A DNA stretch of 64,000 nucleotides, from NCBI GenBank assembly GCA_964016885.1, contig OZ024741.1, positions 106,268,001-106,332,000 on the forward strand, given 5' to 3'. The stretch's first letter is position 1. Each line of letters starts with the position of its first letter. The translations under genes were made by a program, and so were the position numbers. This DNA is from Eledone cirrhosa. Taxonomy: Eukaryota. The notes below the pieces were generated by a model. It did not search any database and had not been told where the DNA came from. It saw only the letters and a program-made list of their open reading frames with translations. Positions 23,308 to 37,439 of the stretch are shown here, piece after piece.

Positions 23308-25834
23308 TGTTATACTCGTGTATATACACAGCTATATATTGTTATACTTGTAATTCTATTATATTCTCACACACTGGCAAATATGGTGGTTGAAATCTCC
23401 AAAAACATTTCAGCTTATTTTGTTATACAAATTTTTGATTTTTAAAATTCAAAACTTTGTTTCCTTGAAATGGAGATGTGAGGGTTGGGAGAAAGCCCAA
23501 ACATCTATATATAATTTATGTTAGTTACTGACAAGTTTCCAAACCAACAGAGAATGACCAGGTATCTATAAGCTATTTCTAATTCGAAAGTAAGAGAGCA
23601 TCGTGTAGCCTCAACAGTGTTGGATCAAATACCAGTCATATGCCCTTGTAAATAGTAAAAGGTATTACAGTTACTAGTGTAACAATAATGGATTTTGTTT
23701 AGGGTTATCAAAATTATCATATTTTTATCAATTCACTAATTTGACCTCAGTTGGTCATTATATAACAGTGACTGATATGATAAAAGATTTTAAATCAATA
23801 GTTTCTTCATTGATTCTACAATTTTATTCTGAGTATGTATCTGTTACAAGTAATTGATTGTTATAGTTAAGTCTGAAGAGACAATGAACAGCATTTTACA
23901 ATGTTTGGACTAGAGTAAAACAGCATTAAAGTTCGTACAAGAGTATATAATATTGCAATTACAATATTTTACAGAATTATGTACAGTATGGCTTTTTTGT
24001 TTATGATTAGATCAGTTATTTGAACAAATATATGTTTTCATATACATATGATTATAGTTTTTGACTACTCAATGACATGTAATAAGATACCATTTTTCCA
24101 CAAAAGAAAATTGCAATTCCTACCTTAATTAGGTAGAGTATTGGTGTGTGATATATATAGTTTTGAATGATCCTGTTTGTAATGGAAAGACCCAGAATTA
24201 AAGTAAAATATTAAATACATTGAGTAGAGAGGATATATTTTCTTATTGAAAAATGACTAAGAGGACTAGTTCTGTTTCCTTTGTCAAGAATTTATCTGAG
24301 AGAATTCTTCAGATGCATCAGACAAATTCTTTATAAAGGAAACAATAGTAGTCCAGTAAGTGTCATTTTTCAATATACATAATTGATTCATTTACAGAAG
24401 GGTATTTTAAGTACTTAATATGTCAGCAGTTTAAAATGAGGAAGAGGCATGGAATAATAAAACCATTAGGTCTTCCAGTTTAGAACTTGGAGAAATGTGT
24501 GAAATTGTTTGTTCTTTCTATTTGGTAAATCCTTCTTACTTTTACTAAGTCCATTTATAGTGCTTTACCTAGTGTTTATCAGATTTACTAGATATTTTAA
24601 TAAGAGGCTTTTTGTAGATATCAATTGATGTAAAGCAAGGACATTTGCTAATTCCTTTAAAACATTTTCTTTTCTCCAACCAAAACCATTAATTCTTCAA
24701 CAATTGCCATGTTTTGTTCAAGAAATATTAGAACCTTTGTTTTTAAATTGAAATTCAGTTTCATAAATATTCCTTTAATGAGGCAAGGGGCTTTTTTTTT
24801 AAAGGAAGACTGTTTTAATCAGACAGAGTTAGTAGTTATCTTGTTAACCCAGGAAGGATGAAAAATGAAGTTGATCTCAGCACAATTTGAACTCAGAACA
24901 GTGAGATATTGAACTTGATACACTTTAATACCCAGTCCAACGTCATACTGTTGTGCTCATTTCCACCAACATTCATTACAATTTAATAACACAATTAGCC
25001 AACCCAACTCAGTCTTCTTATACTACCATGATTACACAAACCTACATGCATGTGTGCGTGTGTATATGTGTATACACGCACACATACAGATATTCTGTGT
25101 GTGTATATATCTATGGGAGGGAGCGGCATATATGCATGCACGCACACAAATACTGTATACGTTTATGTGTGGGTGTATATGTGCGTATACAAGCACATGC
25201 CAGAACCAGATTTAACTTTCAGAGACCTTAAACACTGAAAGGCTTATGGTATTCCCAATATACTGAACTGGGAAACAACAATGGATCCCCTCTTTACTTG
25301 AGGCCCTAAATATGTGTTTGTTTTGCTTACTGGTTAAACTAGGGCTAACACACACAAACAGATAGGTAATGTGTATAACAATAGTTATAGTTTTCTGTCT
25401 GCATCAATCTTAAACAGAAGTAGGTTTAAGTAAGTGCATTAACTGTGTAAGTGTGGAAAGACAGTCTAAACAAAGATTTGAAACCAAGTAACTCATCAGT
25501 TTGTCAATAACCACATTTCTACATTACTTGAAACTTCACCAAACAGATTAGGTTCAGCCACCAAATTATGATAAAATTGCAAGTTTTGCCAGGCTTGCTT
25601 TTAATCTGGTATCAAACTTGCATCTTTGCATTATATTTGTCCCTTTTAAAAGACTTTGTGGTGATATACTAGAGGGAGGGGTTACTGCAACAAAGTGTGA
25701 TGAATGTAATAAAATGACAAATTTTGAAGTCATTTTATAAACATGTATTTGAATGAGTGTAACATGCTTATAGACATTACAGAAATGTGAAATAAAATAG
25801 AAATTGTATATGAAATTTAGTTCATAACCCTTAA

Positions 25835-26025
25835 TATATGTAGCCCCACCTGTTTTAATACATACTCTTGTATAAAGTTTTGCTAATAGCATATCCCACC
25901 AAATATGTAGTCCTAGCCACTTTAATACATACTATTTTATAAAGTTTTGTTAATAGCACACACCCCTGAATATATAGATACAGCCACTTTAAAACATGCT
26001 GATATATGAAGTTTAGTTAATGATA
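25835..26025. repeat. ~66-bp diverged tandem repeat, 3 units
   Basis: atatgtag..c..gccactttaatacatact...ataaagttttg.taatagca repeated. Confidence 0.65.
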
Positions 26026-27020
26026 CAATAGAATATATGAAGATGTGATAACAAGCATGAATTTAAGAGGTTGGAGCTACATATATTCAGATTGTGTGTT
26101 TATTAAGTAACCTTAATATTTATTATCAATTAAACATGCGTATAGCTCTCATAAGTCATGATAGATTAAGGGAAGTATCTAGTACCCCTTACAGTTAAAT
26201 GAAAACAAGATAGACAGAGAGATGAAAAAAAGTGAGAAACAAGGGCAGCTATAAAACAGCTAAAAGTCTAGATACTGAAAGATCTTGTCTATAAATGGTG
26301 TATTTAAGTATATATAGATATATGGATAAATTAGCCACCAAAGGTGAAATTTAGAGTCTCAGTTAATCCAAGATGTACAATAAATTTTATGTTACTATAT
26401 TTTCTGAGTTAGTAAATGTTTATTACTTATAATTATAGGGCAGTTGATTGACAGTATCGGTAGAGTGTTGCACAACATGCTTTGTGGCATATAGTTATGG
26501 CCCTCTACGTCCTGAGTCCAAATCCTGCCGAAGTTAGCTTTGCGTTTCATCCTTACAGGGTCAATAAAATAAAGTCCCAGTAACGCACAGGGGCCGATTT
26601 AATTGACTTACTCATTCCCTTCAAATTGCTGGCTGTGTACCAAATGTAGAAACAATTATTTATAATCCTTTTAAATCAACACTAAAAGCACGTAGCTAAC
26701 TGGTTAGAATGTTGGGTTTACAATTTTGAGATTGTGAAATTGATTCCCAGACCGGGCAGTGTGTTGTGTCCTTGAGCAAGAAAATTTATTTCATGTTGCT
26801 CCAGTATACTTGGCTGAAAAAAATTAGTTGTGACGTCACTGGTGCCTGGCTGTATTGGCCTTTGTCTTTCCCTTGGATGATATTGGTGTCATGGAGAGAA
26901 GAGACTGACATGTGTGGCCGATTGCTGATCTTCCACAAAAACACCTTGCCCAGGCTTGTACCTCGGAGGGGAACTTTCTAGGTGCAAAACCCATGGTTAT
27001 TCATAACCAAAGGGAGTTTT

Positions 27021-27056
<36 letters not shown>

Positions 27057-27679
27057 TTTATTATGGCGATATAGTGAGTCTTGTTACTCTGGTGTTTCAC
27101 CTAAACACTCATAGGCTGTCGTCACAGGTGAGACTCTAGAGTGACAAGACTCACTATTTAGCCACAATAACTGAATATTTAAACTTTACTTTGGTATTGA
27201 CTACTCTTATTTCTCATCCGTCAACAACATATGGATATATATATTGGTCAATACTAGTAGATCATTTTTTTAACCCACATACATCATACCTCTATATAAA
27301 TAAACTATTAAAATTCTGACTAACTATAATATTTCTCTCTTCTATTATTACTGATGCTGACAGAGAGAATATGTGTGTGTAATAATGAGATTGAATAAAA
27401 CCTTTAAAAAAAAAAAAAATGAAACAAAAATATACCTGAGCAACAACTTCTATGGGAATGTTTCAGAGAGTAATTCTTGAAAAATTGAGCTGGAACTTGG
27501 AGAAAAATCAAGAAAATTTCAGAAATTGAATCATTTACAATGGTAAAGTTTGTAGACAAAGAAATAGATTGATGATCAATTGGTTGTCTGGCTGATTGGT
27601 TGGTGATCAATTGATTGACTGACTGACTAGTTGGTGATCAATTGGTTGACTGGTTGATTTTTAAAAATTTCTACTACAC

Positions 27680-27985
27680 CCCACACCGATGTAGGTTTAG
27701 CTAGCCTCTGACGAGGTATCTCATAGGAAGTTTCTGGGGGTATTTTAATGATAGGGGCCTCAGTCCTATCATGTTACAGCATACACCTATGTAGTTTTAA
27801 TTGGTCTCATATGAGGTCCTATCTCATAAGAGGATTCTTGGGTATTTTAATGATAGAGTTCCCAGTCCTATCATATTGTAGTTACAACTCACACCCATGT
27901 AGGTTTAGCTGGCCTTCTACAAGATTGTATCTCATAGAAGGTTTCTTATGCGTTTTACTGATAGGGACCCCCAGTCCTATCATGA
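27680..27985. repeat. ~105-bp tandem repeat (3 units), each with an atgatagg..ccagtcctatcat hairpin
   Basis: cacacc.atgtaggtttagct...tatctcatag...gtattttaatgatagg.. repeated; abuts a minus-strand SINE. Confidence 0.7.
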
Positions 27986-28325
27986 AAAGACTACTTCCTC
28001 TGGATGGGATGCCAGTCCATTGCAGGGGTTAGCTCTCCCCAGCTGCTGCTGCTGGAACTCATTCTTTTTCAGCTGAGTGAACTGGAGCAATGTGAAATGA
28101 AGCATCTTGCTCAAGGATACAATGCACCAACTGGTCCAGGAATCAAACTCACAACCTTGTGATTATGAGTTCAACACCCTAACTACTAGGCTGTGCACCT
28201 TCACAGTTGATTAATAGGTGATCAAATGGTTGACTGATTGGTTGATTGGTTAGTTAATTATTTATACTTCTGAGAAAGAGAGAGAGAGAGTGAAAAAAAA
28301 AGAGAGAGGTGGGAAGTTGATAGCC

Positions 28326-28667
28326 TCATGTCCGAGCACTGCGTTCACACTCCATCAGACATTCTCGCACCAGTATGCGGGCATGAACGATGCCTCGCTT
28401 CAGTCGTTCAGCGGAGGATTTGCTGCCAGAGTACGTCGGACGTATATCTTTGCCCATGTCCTCGATGACCGCCAGAAGCTGGGTGTATTTTGTCTGAGGG
28501 TGTTGTGACATTTGTGGTAGCTGTGGACCACGGTTCCCTACAGCAGGTGGTGGTGTGCCATGGTTACCATGTATGTCCAACTCTGAGCGTGGTGTACCAG
28601 GATTGCTCATCACTGGCGTAACCGGTGAACTGGACGCTGTTCCTTCTATGATCACATCATCGTCCAT
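28326..28667 (-). CDS. CDK2AP1: Cyclin-dependent kinase 2-associated protein 1/2 (DOC-1; NuRD subunit) homolog, 113 aa from this ATG
   Basis: [50 protein letters not shown] matches the CDK2AP domain. Acceptor ctcatttcag| ends at 28677, and ATG follows 9 nt into the exon. Confidence 0.93.
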   Translation of the reverse strand: MDDDVIIEGTASSSPVTPVMSNPGTPRSELDIHGNHGTPPPAVGNRGPQLPQMSQHPQTKYTQLLAVIEDMGKDIRPTYSGSKSSAERLKRGIVHARILVRECLMECERSART

Positions 28668-28844
28668 CGTCCGGTTCTGAAATGAGATTATACAAAGAGA
28701 GACATTCTTAATGAAGAGTGGGGCCAACATGTTCAACTTAGTAATAGATGTGATATCTTGTTCCTTTTATAAACGTCAACAGTATTCATTAAATCAAGGA
28801 AGGTGAAAGGTTTAATGAAATGGGGGTGGGTGTAGGTACTGGGA

Positions 28845-29412
28845 CAATAACAGATATTGGTACCATAGCAACTGATATTAGTACAACAGCAGCAGATATT
28901 ATTACAAAAGCAACAACAACAGCTATAACAACAGCATATATTGGTACAAAGACAACAACATATTGGTCCAACAACAACAACAGATGTTGGTACAATAGCA
29001 ACAGCAGATGTTGGTACAATAGCAACAGCATATATTGGTACAACAACAACAGCAGATATTGGTACAATAGCAACAGCAGATGTTGGTACAATAGCAACAG
29101 CAGATGTTGGTACAATAGCAACAGCATATATTGGTACAACAACAACAGCAGATATTGGTACAATAGCAACAGCAGATGTTGGTACAATAGCAACAGCATA
29201 TATTGGTACAATAACAACAGCAGATGTTGGTACAATAGCAACAGCAGATGTTGGTACAATAACAACAGCAGATATTAGTACAATAGCAACAGCAGACATT
29301 GGTACAAAAACAACAACAAATATAACAACATATATTGGTACAACAACAGACATTGGTACAACATATACTGATACAACAATCTATATTAGTACAACAACAT
29401 ATATTGATACAA
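28845..29412. repeat. 24-bp minisatellite (cagatgttggtacaatagcaacag) in the CDK2AP1 intron
   Basis: About 22 units, decaying at both ends; generates repetitive ORFs in several frames. Confidence 0.93.
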
Positions 29413-29479
29413 GTTGGTTTGATATAAAAAAAATTATTCCTTAAAAATAAACAAAAAAGGGACAGTGACATGGAAGTAT

Positions 29480-31130
29480 GATAAAGGCTGAGACCAACAG
29501 ATAACAGATTGTGGAACTCTGTCAAAGGCCTTCTCCAGGCCAATGAAAGTTAGATATAGCAGATTAAACTTGGGCTAGGGACTTCTCTTGTGGTTATCTC
29601 ACTAAGAAGAGGGAATCTGTATCACTCCTACCTGCATTTCATCTAATTTGATTCTATCCATTTGTGCAAAAATGCTTTCTGCTATTTTCATGATGAGGGG
29701 TTGATGAATGTGGAGAATGAGTGACAAATGCTCAGTAAACTCAAAAGAGGGAGCTTCTATCAAAGTTGACATTTATATGGTCAAAGAAGCCCTCAGAGTA
29801 TGGAAAAGCTGCTGGACCATTAGAGATAGTTACTGAGATGCTGAAATCATTGCTTGAAGTAGCCACTTTCATAGTCAACGAGATAATACGGGATTGTTAT
29901 AGTAGATTAACTCTTTAGTATTTAAACTGGCCATATCCAGCCAGAATTCTCTTACCTCTTTCTGTTCAAACCGACTGTAACCAGCTGCACATACTGATAT
30001 TAAGAAATTGTTCTCAAAATAAATAATATCAAAATCTCATAGATTCAATATTATGTGAGATAATTATGAAGTAAAGCCTTTACCGTGAAAATATAATAGT
30101 ATATATAGAGTAATGTAAATGCTAAATGGTTAAACTTGGCTCGAAACTTCTCTTGTAGTTGTCTCACTAAGATGAGGGCATCTCTAATGCTCCTTCTGGG
30201 CACAAGGCTAAACTTGTCTAATATGACTAACCATTTGTGCAAAAATGCTTTTTGCCACTTTCATGGATTGATTTATCAGTTTTATACCTCTGTAGTTGCT
30301 CCTTTCCAGAGCATCACCTTTTACATTTTAACAATTAGTGATTGTACTGCGATAAGCCACTGAATAAAATACAATCTTATATTATCTGATTGACTGTGAA
30401 AGTAGCTAGCTTGAATCCTTCACTCAATGATTTCAACATCTCTGTGACTGTATAATTGTCCGGCAGATTTTCCATACGCTAAGGGCTTTTTTGACCATAT
30501 AACTGTAAACTTTATTAGCAGATCTCCTTGTTGAGTTTACTGGGCATTGGACACTCATTTTCTACCCCTCGTCATAATATTTTCAAGCTTCTTTTTCCTG
30601 AGCATCAGTGAGAATATGTGCACCAGTAATTTCAAATACTCTCTTCCCATAGCAACATCCTGATTCCCATTGACACACTGCTTTGCAATGTAAACAGCAA
30701 TCCCTTGCTTTCAGCTTCTCTATGTAAACCTGTTGTTTAACTTCTATTTTAGCTACTTAACATTCTTCTCTGCTGCCCTATTTCTGCAGTCTTCATATGC
30801 CTCTTTTTTAGTATTTATAGCTCTATCTACTGTACTATTCCCCTACCACAATATCCTTTGCCAATAAATCACAAGTTGTCACTTCTCTCTCTCATCATAA
30901 GCATCAGTTAACATTTTTCTGAATCTATAACAAACAGAAATCCTTTAGCTTCCTGAATGTCTGATTCTATCTAGTTCTTATACTGATGCCACTAATAACT
31001 AGTCTACATTAGGTAATACATTCTTCTCCAAGGAAAAAACCTTAGTATTCACAATCATTTGTCTATCCCATTATCTAACAAGCAAGAAGTCAATCTGCCG
31101 TCTATGTTCACCTGATTAGTAGGTGATTAA
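29480..31130 (-). mobile_element. Highly degenerate RTE LINE segments, including a direct duplication (about 29560-29900 vs 30130-30570)
   Basis: DALILVRQLQEKF; same family as the element at 56543-60260. Confidence 0.6.
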
Positions 31131-31134
31131 GTGG

Positions 31135-31518
31135 CTGGTTGATATCCTAAAGTTAATGACACACGACCGTGACTTCTGGCGTCACGCAGTAATACAGAGT
31201 ACCCGACCTCCAATGGGTACAAGCTGAAGCATATAGACAATATGCCCCCACCGCAAGGTGGTCGGGGAGGTACCACGGCAAAAAAGCACCCAGCCCACAC
31301 TGTAAAGTGGACGTGTAGGCGCCACGAAAAAGCACCCAGCACTCACTGTAAATGAGGTTGGTGTTAGGAAGGGCATCCAGCTGTAGAAATCAAGCCAAAT
31401 CAGTTCCTGTATGAGCAAGGCATGGTCAGCCAACCAGACACTGCCCACAACAGGACAACCCGTCTAACCCATGCTAGCGTGGAAGAACGGACGTAAAACG
31501 GTGATGATGATGATGATG
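31135..31518 (+). mobile_element. RTE LINE 3'UTR fragment ending (GAT)n
   Basis: Near-identical to the reverse complement of 56545-56925. Further tail copies at 34540-34900, 39637-39900, 43290-43440, 46385-46682 and 48250-48495. Confidence 0.85.
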
Positions 31519-33019
31519 AATGTTGCAAATGATTATCACAGAATTCTAGGATCCTTGATCCTTCTTCATTTCATATATATATAAAGCTGAAATGATACAA
31601 GGCAGTAGAATAGAAAAGCTAAAGTTAGGACATAGAGAATGCATTGCATTTTTAAGTGATAGACAGTGCTTTAGTGTAACTGGCTACTGAGATTGTGAAG
31701 GTGGAGCTAAGTTCATTAAGTGTGATTCATTGTTGAGATTGTGAAGATGGAGCTAAATTCGTTAAAAGATTGGGTGTCAACTGATAGGTTAGTTCTGTGC
31801 TTAGAAGGAAAATGTTGTAAGTTTTTGATCAGCTCAACTGCTGGCTTGTGGGTTTTAATCTTACCATGGGCCGCTTGTTGGATGGGTCTTCAATTTTCTT
31901 ATTGTTATTCATACTTGGACCTTACTGTGAGGGATTCAGTGGAAAAGAAGAAAAAAAAGAAAAGGGAAAAAAAAAAAACAAAAAAAAATAAACTTCAAGA
32001 AAAAATAAACAAAAGAAAGAGTTTAAGGAGAGAACCTTGGGGGGTTTTGAAGTTCTCGAGAACTAAAAGAAGATCAATAAAGAGATTATTAAAGTAAAAC
32101 ATTTTGGTTCTTTAATGGTGAGACCATCAAAATATTTTCTCAATGGTAGGAGTTTGTTGCACCATAATATTAATGATTTCAGCATCATATTTCTAATGAC
32201 TTATAACAATATCTGAAATAATAAATAATTTGAAAGGATTCACTAAAATAATTATTTTATTAAGATGGTATTTGTAATATAAAATAAGGTTCTTATATCA
32301 AATTATGTTGGAAGATTTAATTTTAAAAAGTGGGTTATCAGAAGGATTAATAAAAAATTTGGAATGATTTACTAAAATTATTAAGATGGTGTTTGTAACA
32401 TAACGAAAAGTTCTTATATCAAATTATGTTGTTGGAAGATTTGTAAAATGAGTATTTTGTTTCATAGAACCAGTGGTGTTTTGGGGTGGGATAGTATCAA
32501 ATGGGTTAATGACTAAATGCAGTGACAACATCAGTATCTGTTACACCTCACAGACAGAATTGACTGAGGTGAACAATGCTAGCCTTTTAAAATCTATAGA
32601 ACAATATATTTTAAGAAAAATATGAGGGTTGGCAGGGAGGAGAGAACTGGGTTGTACTAGTCTAAATATATTTGAATAAATAGTTAGTTATTCCTTTAAT
32701 TTACATTATTATTCATAGAATTGCCCTTCAATGGCAGTTGTGTAATTTCTTTAAGCCAACTTTATTTGTTAATTGTTAAAATCAAGATGGCAATAAACAT
32801 TTATTTGTCATGTTTGAATTATAATTTAAGTGTTCCCATTGGCTGCTCTGTGTAATTTTTTCTGCCCAAACGTTTGCTTTGGAGAGAGTATTCAACTATA
32901 TTTGTACATAAGTTTATGAATGAGCATGCTTATGTATATATTTCAACTTCACAAATAAAAGGGAGACTACTCTAATTTGATTACTCATTTTTCAAAAATG
33001 CTCATTACAAATATTTAAA

Positions 33020-33575
33020 ATAAATCGGCTGGAATTTGCAGACGACATGGTGTTATTTAACTCGACAGAAGGTGATCTCCGACTTACACCCGATAGGTTT
33101 CATGCCAAGTGTTGCACGACTCGAATGAAAATCAGTGCTGCGTAAACTGAGTCACTCGTCCTCAAGGAAGCCTGCACAGTGCACTCTACATGTGAATGGA
33201 GTTCCACTGAAGCAGGTGGAGAAGTTCAAGTGTCTCGGGGCCGTGTTCATGAGTGATGGAAGGCAGGAGGCTGAATTAGTGCAAGAATTTCAGGAGCTAA
33301 TGCAATAATGCGCCAGCTTTAACGTTCGGTAATCAGAAGAAGGGAGGTAGACATAAAAGCCAAACTCACTATCTTCAATTTGGTATTTGTGCCAATTTAC
33401 TTCTCCAAATTGAGAGATCACAGCTCCAACATTATGGGCATGTGGATAGATTGTCTCAAGAAAGAATCGCTGGACAGATTTTACGGGCAAAACCAACCGG
33501 CAGGAGACCCTGAGCATGATGGTTGGACAACATCCACGAGCTTGGCTGGTTTCAGTTGGGGATCCAGCTGGATCA
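33020..33575 (+). mobile_element. RTE-clade LINE 3' fragment
   Basis: FADDMVL...VPLKQVEKFKCLG; homologous to 18425-19256 and 37440-37930. Confidence 0.75.
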
Positions 33576-36345
33576 GTCAGAGGTATAAGTGGGTGAAGAA
33601 GAATTTCATTACAAATAAGAGAGAACAAACAGAAGTAGAAAATAACCATATAAAGCAATAGTTGTCATCAGGGAGTTTTCTGTCCCCACTATATGGTTTC
33701 CTTATACACAACCTAATTATTAACCAAATGATACTTTTATTTACTTCATTAAACATAGAATACTATTTTAACACTTTTCAAACATACCTGTTTCTTTGCT
33801 TACAAAACTACCTGTTTTAATGTGTTTGTATTTGTATTTAAACCTTCCAACATAATTTTATGCAAGAACATTTTATTAGTAATGCTCCAAACACCAGCTT
33901 AATAATTCTTTCAAACATTGGTACTAGGTCATCAGTTTTGAGGGAAGGGAAAGTCAAATATATCAACCCCAGTACTTAAATCAGTATTTTATTTTATCAA
34001 CGTCAGAAAGATGACTTTGGCAGGATTTGAACGCAGAATATAAAGAGCCAAACAAATATGGCTAAGCATTTTATATGGCACTCTACGAACTCTGCTAATC
34101 CACCGCCCTCATCAGCTTAATAATGAAAAAGTTATTTTACTAAATCCATCCAATATTTTTTTTATTATTTCAAAATTCTTTGAAACATTAGAAATATAGT
34201 AAAATAAAAAGGGTTAAAAGAAAACAGGAGATAAACGCTGACCTTGTACAATTAAACCTCTCAAAGGAGATGGTACAGGATTGAGATCCTTGGCATTATG
34301 CTGCACTGCAGAAGACCTGTCTTGCTATGTGCACAGGATGAAACGAACATGTAGAGGACACTAGTCTGCACCAATTTTCTCCCTAGTCTTAATAGCCACC
34401 CCACCTCACCAGCTAAGTGTCCCACTCACCTTGTCCAACTTGCATACTAATTCCTCCTCCATTCCTGATACACTGCACTTGTCCTGTCCAACCCATGCAT
34501 ACAAGCATGAAATGCTGGACATGCTCCATATCTGCTCTCCCACAATCAAAAAGAACAGTCCACCCTGTATGTTGATAAGGCTGGTGTCACAACAAAAGCA
34601 CTTAATCCACTCTGTAAGGTGGTCATACTGGTGATATGACTTGAGGCACTCAGTCCACCCTGTATAGTAGTCATGCTGGTGACATGACAAAAATCAATTA
34701 GTCCACCCTGCAATGTGGTCATACGATGAAAAAGCACCCAGTCCACCCTGTAAGATGATTGGTATTAGGGAGGGCATCAAGTAGGAACCAAGCCAAAATA
34801 CAAATCCATATGAGTAAAACCTGGTCACCTGATCTGACTTGTCTCAATGTAACAACTTATCCAACCCATGTAAGTGTGGAAAAGAGATGTTAATAAATGA
34901 TAATAAATGAACAGGAAAATAAAAATGAAATGACAGGGAATATGTGTAGATGTAGTATGATGTCTTTAAGGATGTTTCTAAGGTTTTTAGTAGGCACCTT
35001 CAAATGAAGAAGTTAATTGTGTGTGGCAATTTAATAATTTTGTGTGATTTTACAAGATCATTAGTTTTCCTGTGCTGCAAAGATTACAAAAACCATTTGT
35101 GTGTGTCTCTTAGATGAATTATATAAAAGCCCCCACATAATGGCTTATGGTACATTATTATTCTTCAAAAACAATATATGTGCTGCTGCAAGTTTTTTTA
35201 TGCATTCTTCTATGGAATGTCTTAAATGTATAACTGATGAAGTTGGACCTTAAATTGATGTGATCAATAATATGAATATTCAGCTATTGACTAAATATGT
35301 TTGTGTGTGCGTGTCTGTCTTGGGGTCAATATTATTTATGCTCAGCTTGAACTTCTGTAATTTGGCACACCTGTATAGAGGGTGGGGATTTCAAAGAGTA
35401 GCAACACTTGGAAGGAAGCATATAGTCGTGTAAGATGAGAGGTGATTCAAAGTAAGGTTGATGAGAAGTGAGTACATTGGTAGAGGCGGTATGCAGTTTG
35501 CAAATTCAGATGATGATGAGATGAATAAAGGCCAGATGTTCTTAAAAAAAAGGAAAACAGGAAGTGAAGTGGCATTTGACTCAATTGCTCAAGCATACAG
35601 GAAGCCATGATAGAGAACAATTTTGTTGATCTGTATAGGATATATATGTTTTGCAAGATTCTTGATGTGAAATTGTTTGTTGAAACAAATATTGATATAC
35701 TTTGGGAGGGTACTGCTGCCAATAAAAACAAGCACACCAGTTGAGTTTCACTTCAGTTTATTATGAGTTGAGTAAATAATTCATTCAGTTTAGTTTAATA
35801 ACCAGTTGGTTGTTTAATTGTTAATTTCCAAACCTCTTCATCACACACCCTGTGACCTCATTGATTATTCTTACTCCTTTGATTCTTCTCTTTGTTCTAT
35901 TTACTTCATCTTGTCGTTTTGAGTAGTAAAGCGAACAAGATCAAGACAAAGAGGAGACAGAGAAGAGCAAGAATAGTCATTAAGGTAACAAGATGTATGA
36001 TGAAATACATTAACAATTAAGCAACCAACCAATGAATGGATTACTCAACTAATAAACTAAAGTGAAGCTCAACTGGTGTGTGTATGTTTATTGGCAGTAT
36101 GACTCTCCCAACGTATAACTATATATAAATATTAATATATATGAATTTTCTTCTCGCACCACTTTTCAATAATACTTTATTATAATAGTGAGCTGAATCA
36201 ATGAAAATTTTGATGTTTGAAGTTCTTTGCAAATTTTTTAACTGTTTTTAAAGGTAATTCTAAAATGGTTAGTGTGTTTGTTTACATAAAAAAAGGTCCA
36301 CATTGTTGATGGAATCTATCTTAATATTTTGAAAGAGGCACTTAC

Positions 36346-36388
36346 CTGAAAACCACGCTCAAAGAAGTAGCCAGGCTTGTAAGTATCC
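36346..36388 (-). other. 43-nt internal exon, probably of CDK2AP1 (5'UTR or N-terminal extension)
   Basis: gatttttcag|GGATAC...TTTCAG|gtaagt: strong acceptor and donor in unique sequence. Open in frame with the main exon (DTYKPGYFFERGFQ). Confidence 0.6.
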
Positions 36389-37439
36389 CTGAAAAATCAA
36401 TACAAAACCCTTATAGCAAAAGAGATGTAAAACGATAATGGTAATAAGCAATGATAGAGGAATTGAGTATGGACAATTTACCAAATATACTCAAATATAA
36501 GCTGACTTCCCTATTTTATGTCTGAGAAATGGGCAAAAATCCAAACCCCAATTATAAGCCAAAGTAGCTAATCAGCACATTATGTTTAGATGGCGTGCTT
36601 TTGAAATTCTCATGAGTATATACACTTATGAAGTTTTAATATTTTGATGTTTAAGTGTTGTTTAGAATATAGATTTTGTTTCACAAATTCATTACATAAT
36701 GCTATTTTACCATTTCATCCGTTTAATATTTGCAACTAGTTTCTCAAAGTTTTGTTATATATATATATATATATATATCGTTTAACCCATGCTAGCGTGG
36801 TAAAATGGATATAAAACGGTGATGATGATGATATATATGTGTATATATATCATCATTTCATTTTACGTCCACTTTTCCCTGCTTGCAAAGGTGGAACGGG
36901 AACTGATTCTGGCTTGATTTCTACAGCTGGATGTCCTTGCTAACACCAACCTCATTTACAGTGAGTGCTGGGTGCTTTTTTGCCGTGGCACCTCCACGAC
37001 CACTTTGAAGTGGAATGATAGGGACCCCACTCCCTATAATCTCATTTCTACAGCTGAGTAAACTGGAGCAATGTGAATTAAAGTGTCTTGCTCAAGGAAA
37101 CAACACATCACCTGGTCTGAGAATTGAACTCACAACCTTTCGATTGCAAGGCCAATGCTCTAACCACTAAGCCATGTGCCTCCACATATATATATATATA
37201 GGACTCTTCAGTAATTTCAAAGACATGATGATATCTCTAATGTTGGTGCCACAATAAAATGCACTTAGTAGAACATGGGACCCTATGTAAGCAAAATGCG
37301 AACTCTCAGCCTGTCTGTGAAAACCCATCCAACCCTTGCTATCAGGGAAAGTGGACATTAAATAAAGGTAATGATGATGATGATATATATACATATATAT
37401 ATTTGAAAATGAAGTGATCCCAACTCTTTCTTTTTTGCC

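Noticed and set aside
28923-29543. Cys-rich metallothionein- or keratin-like protein
   Set aside because: Product of a 24-bp minisatellite open in most frames, located in an intron.
31740-32450. ORF 31741-32097 and a possible Penelope remnant
   Set aside because: The ORF crosses a poly-A run; the minus-strand HGKIKTHKP similarity is too weak to call.
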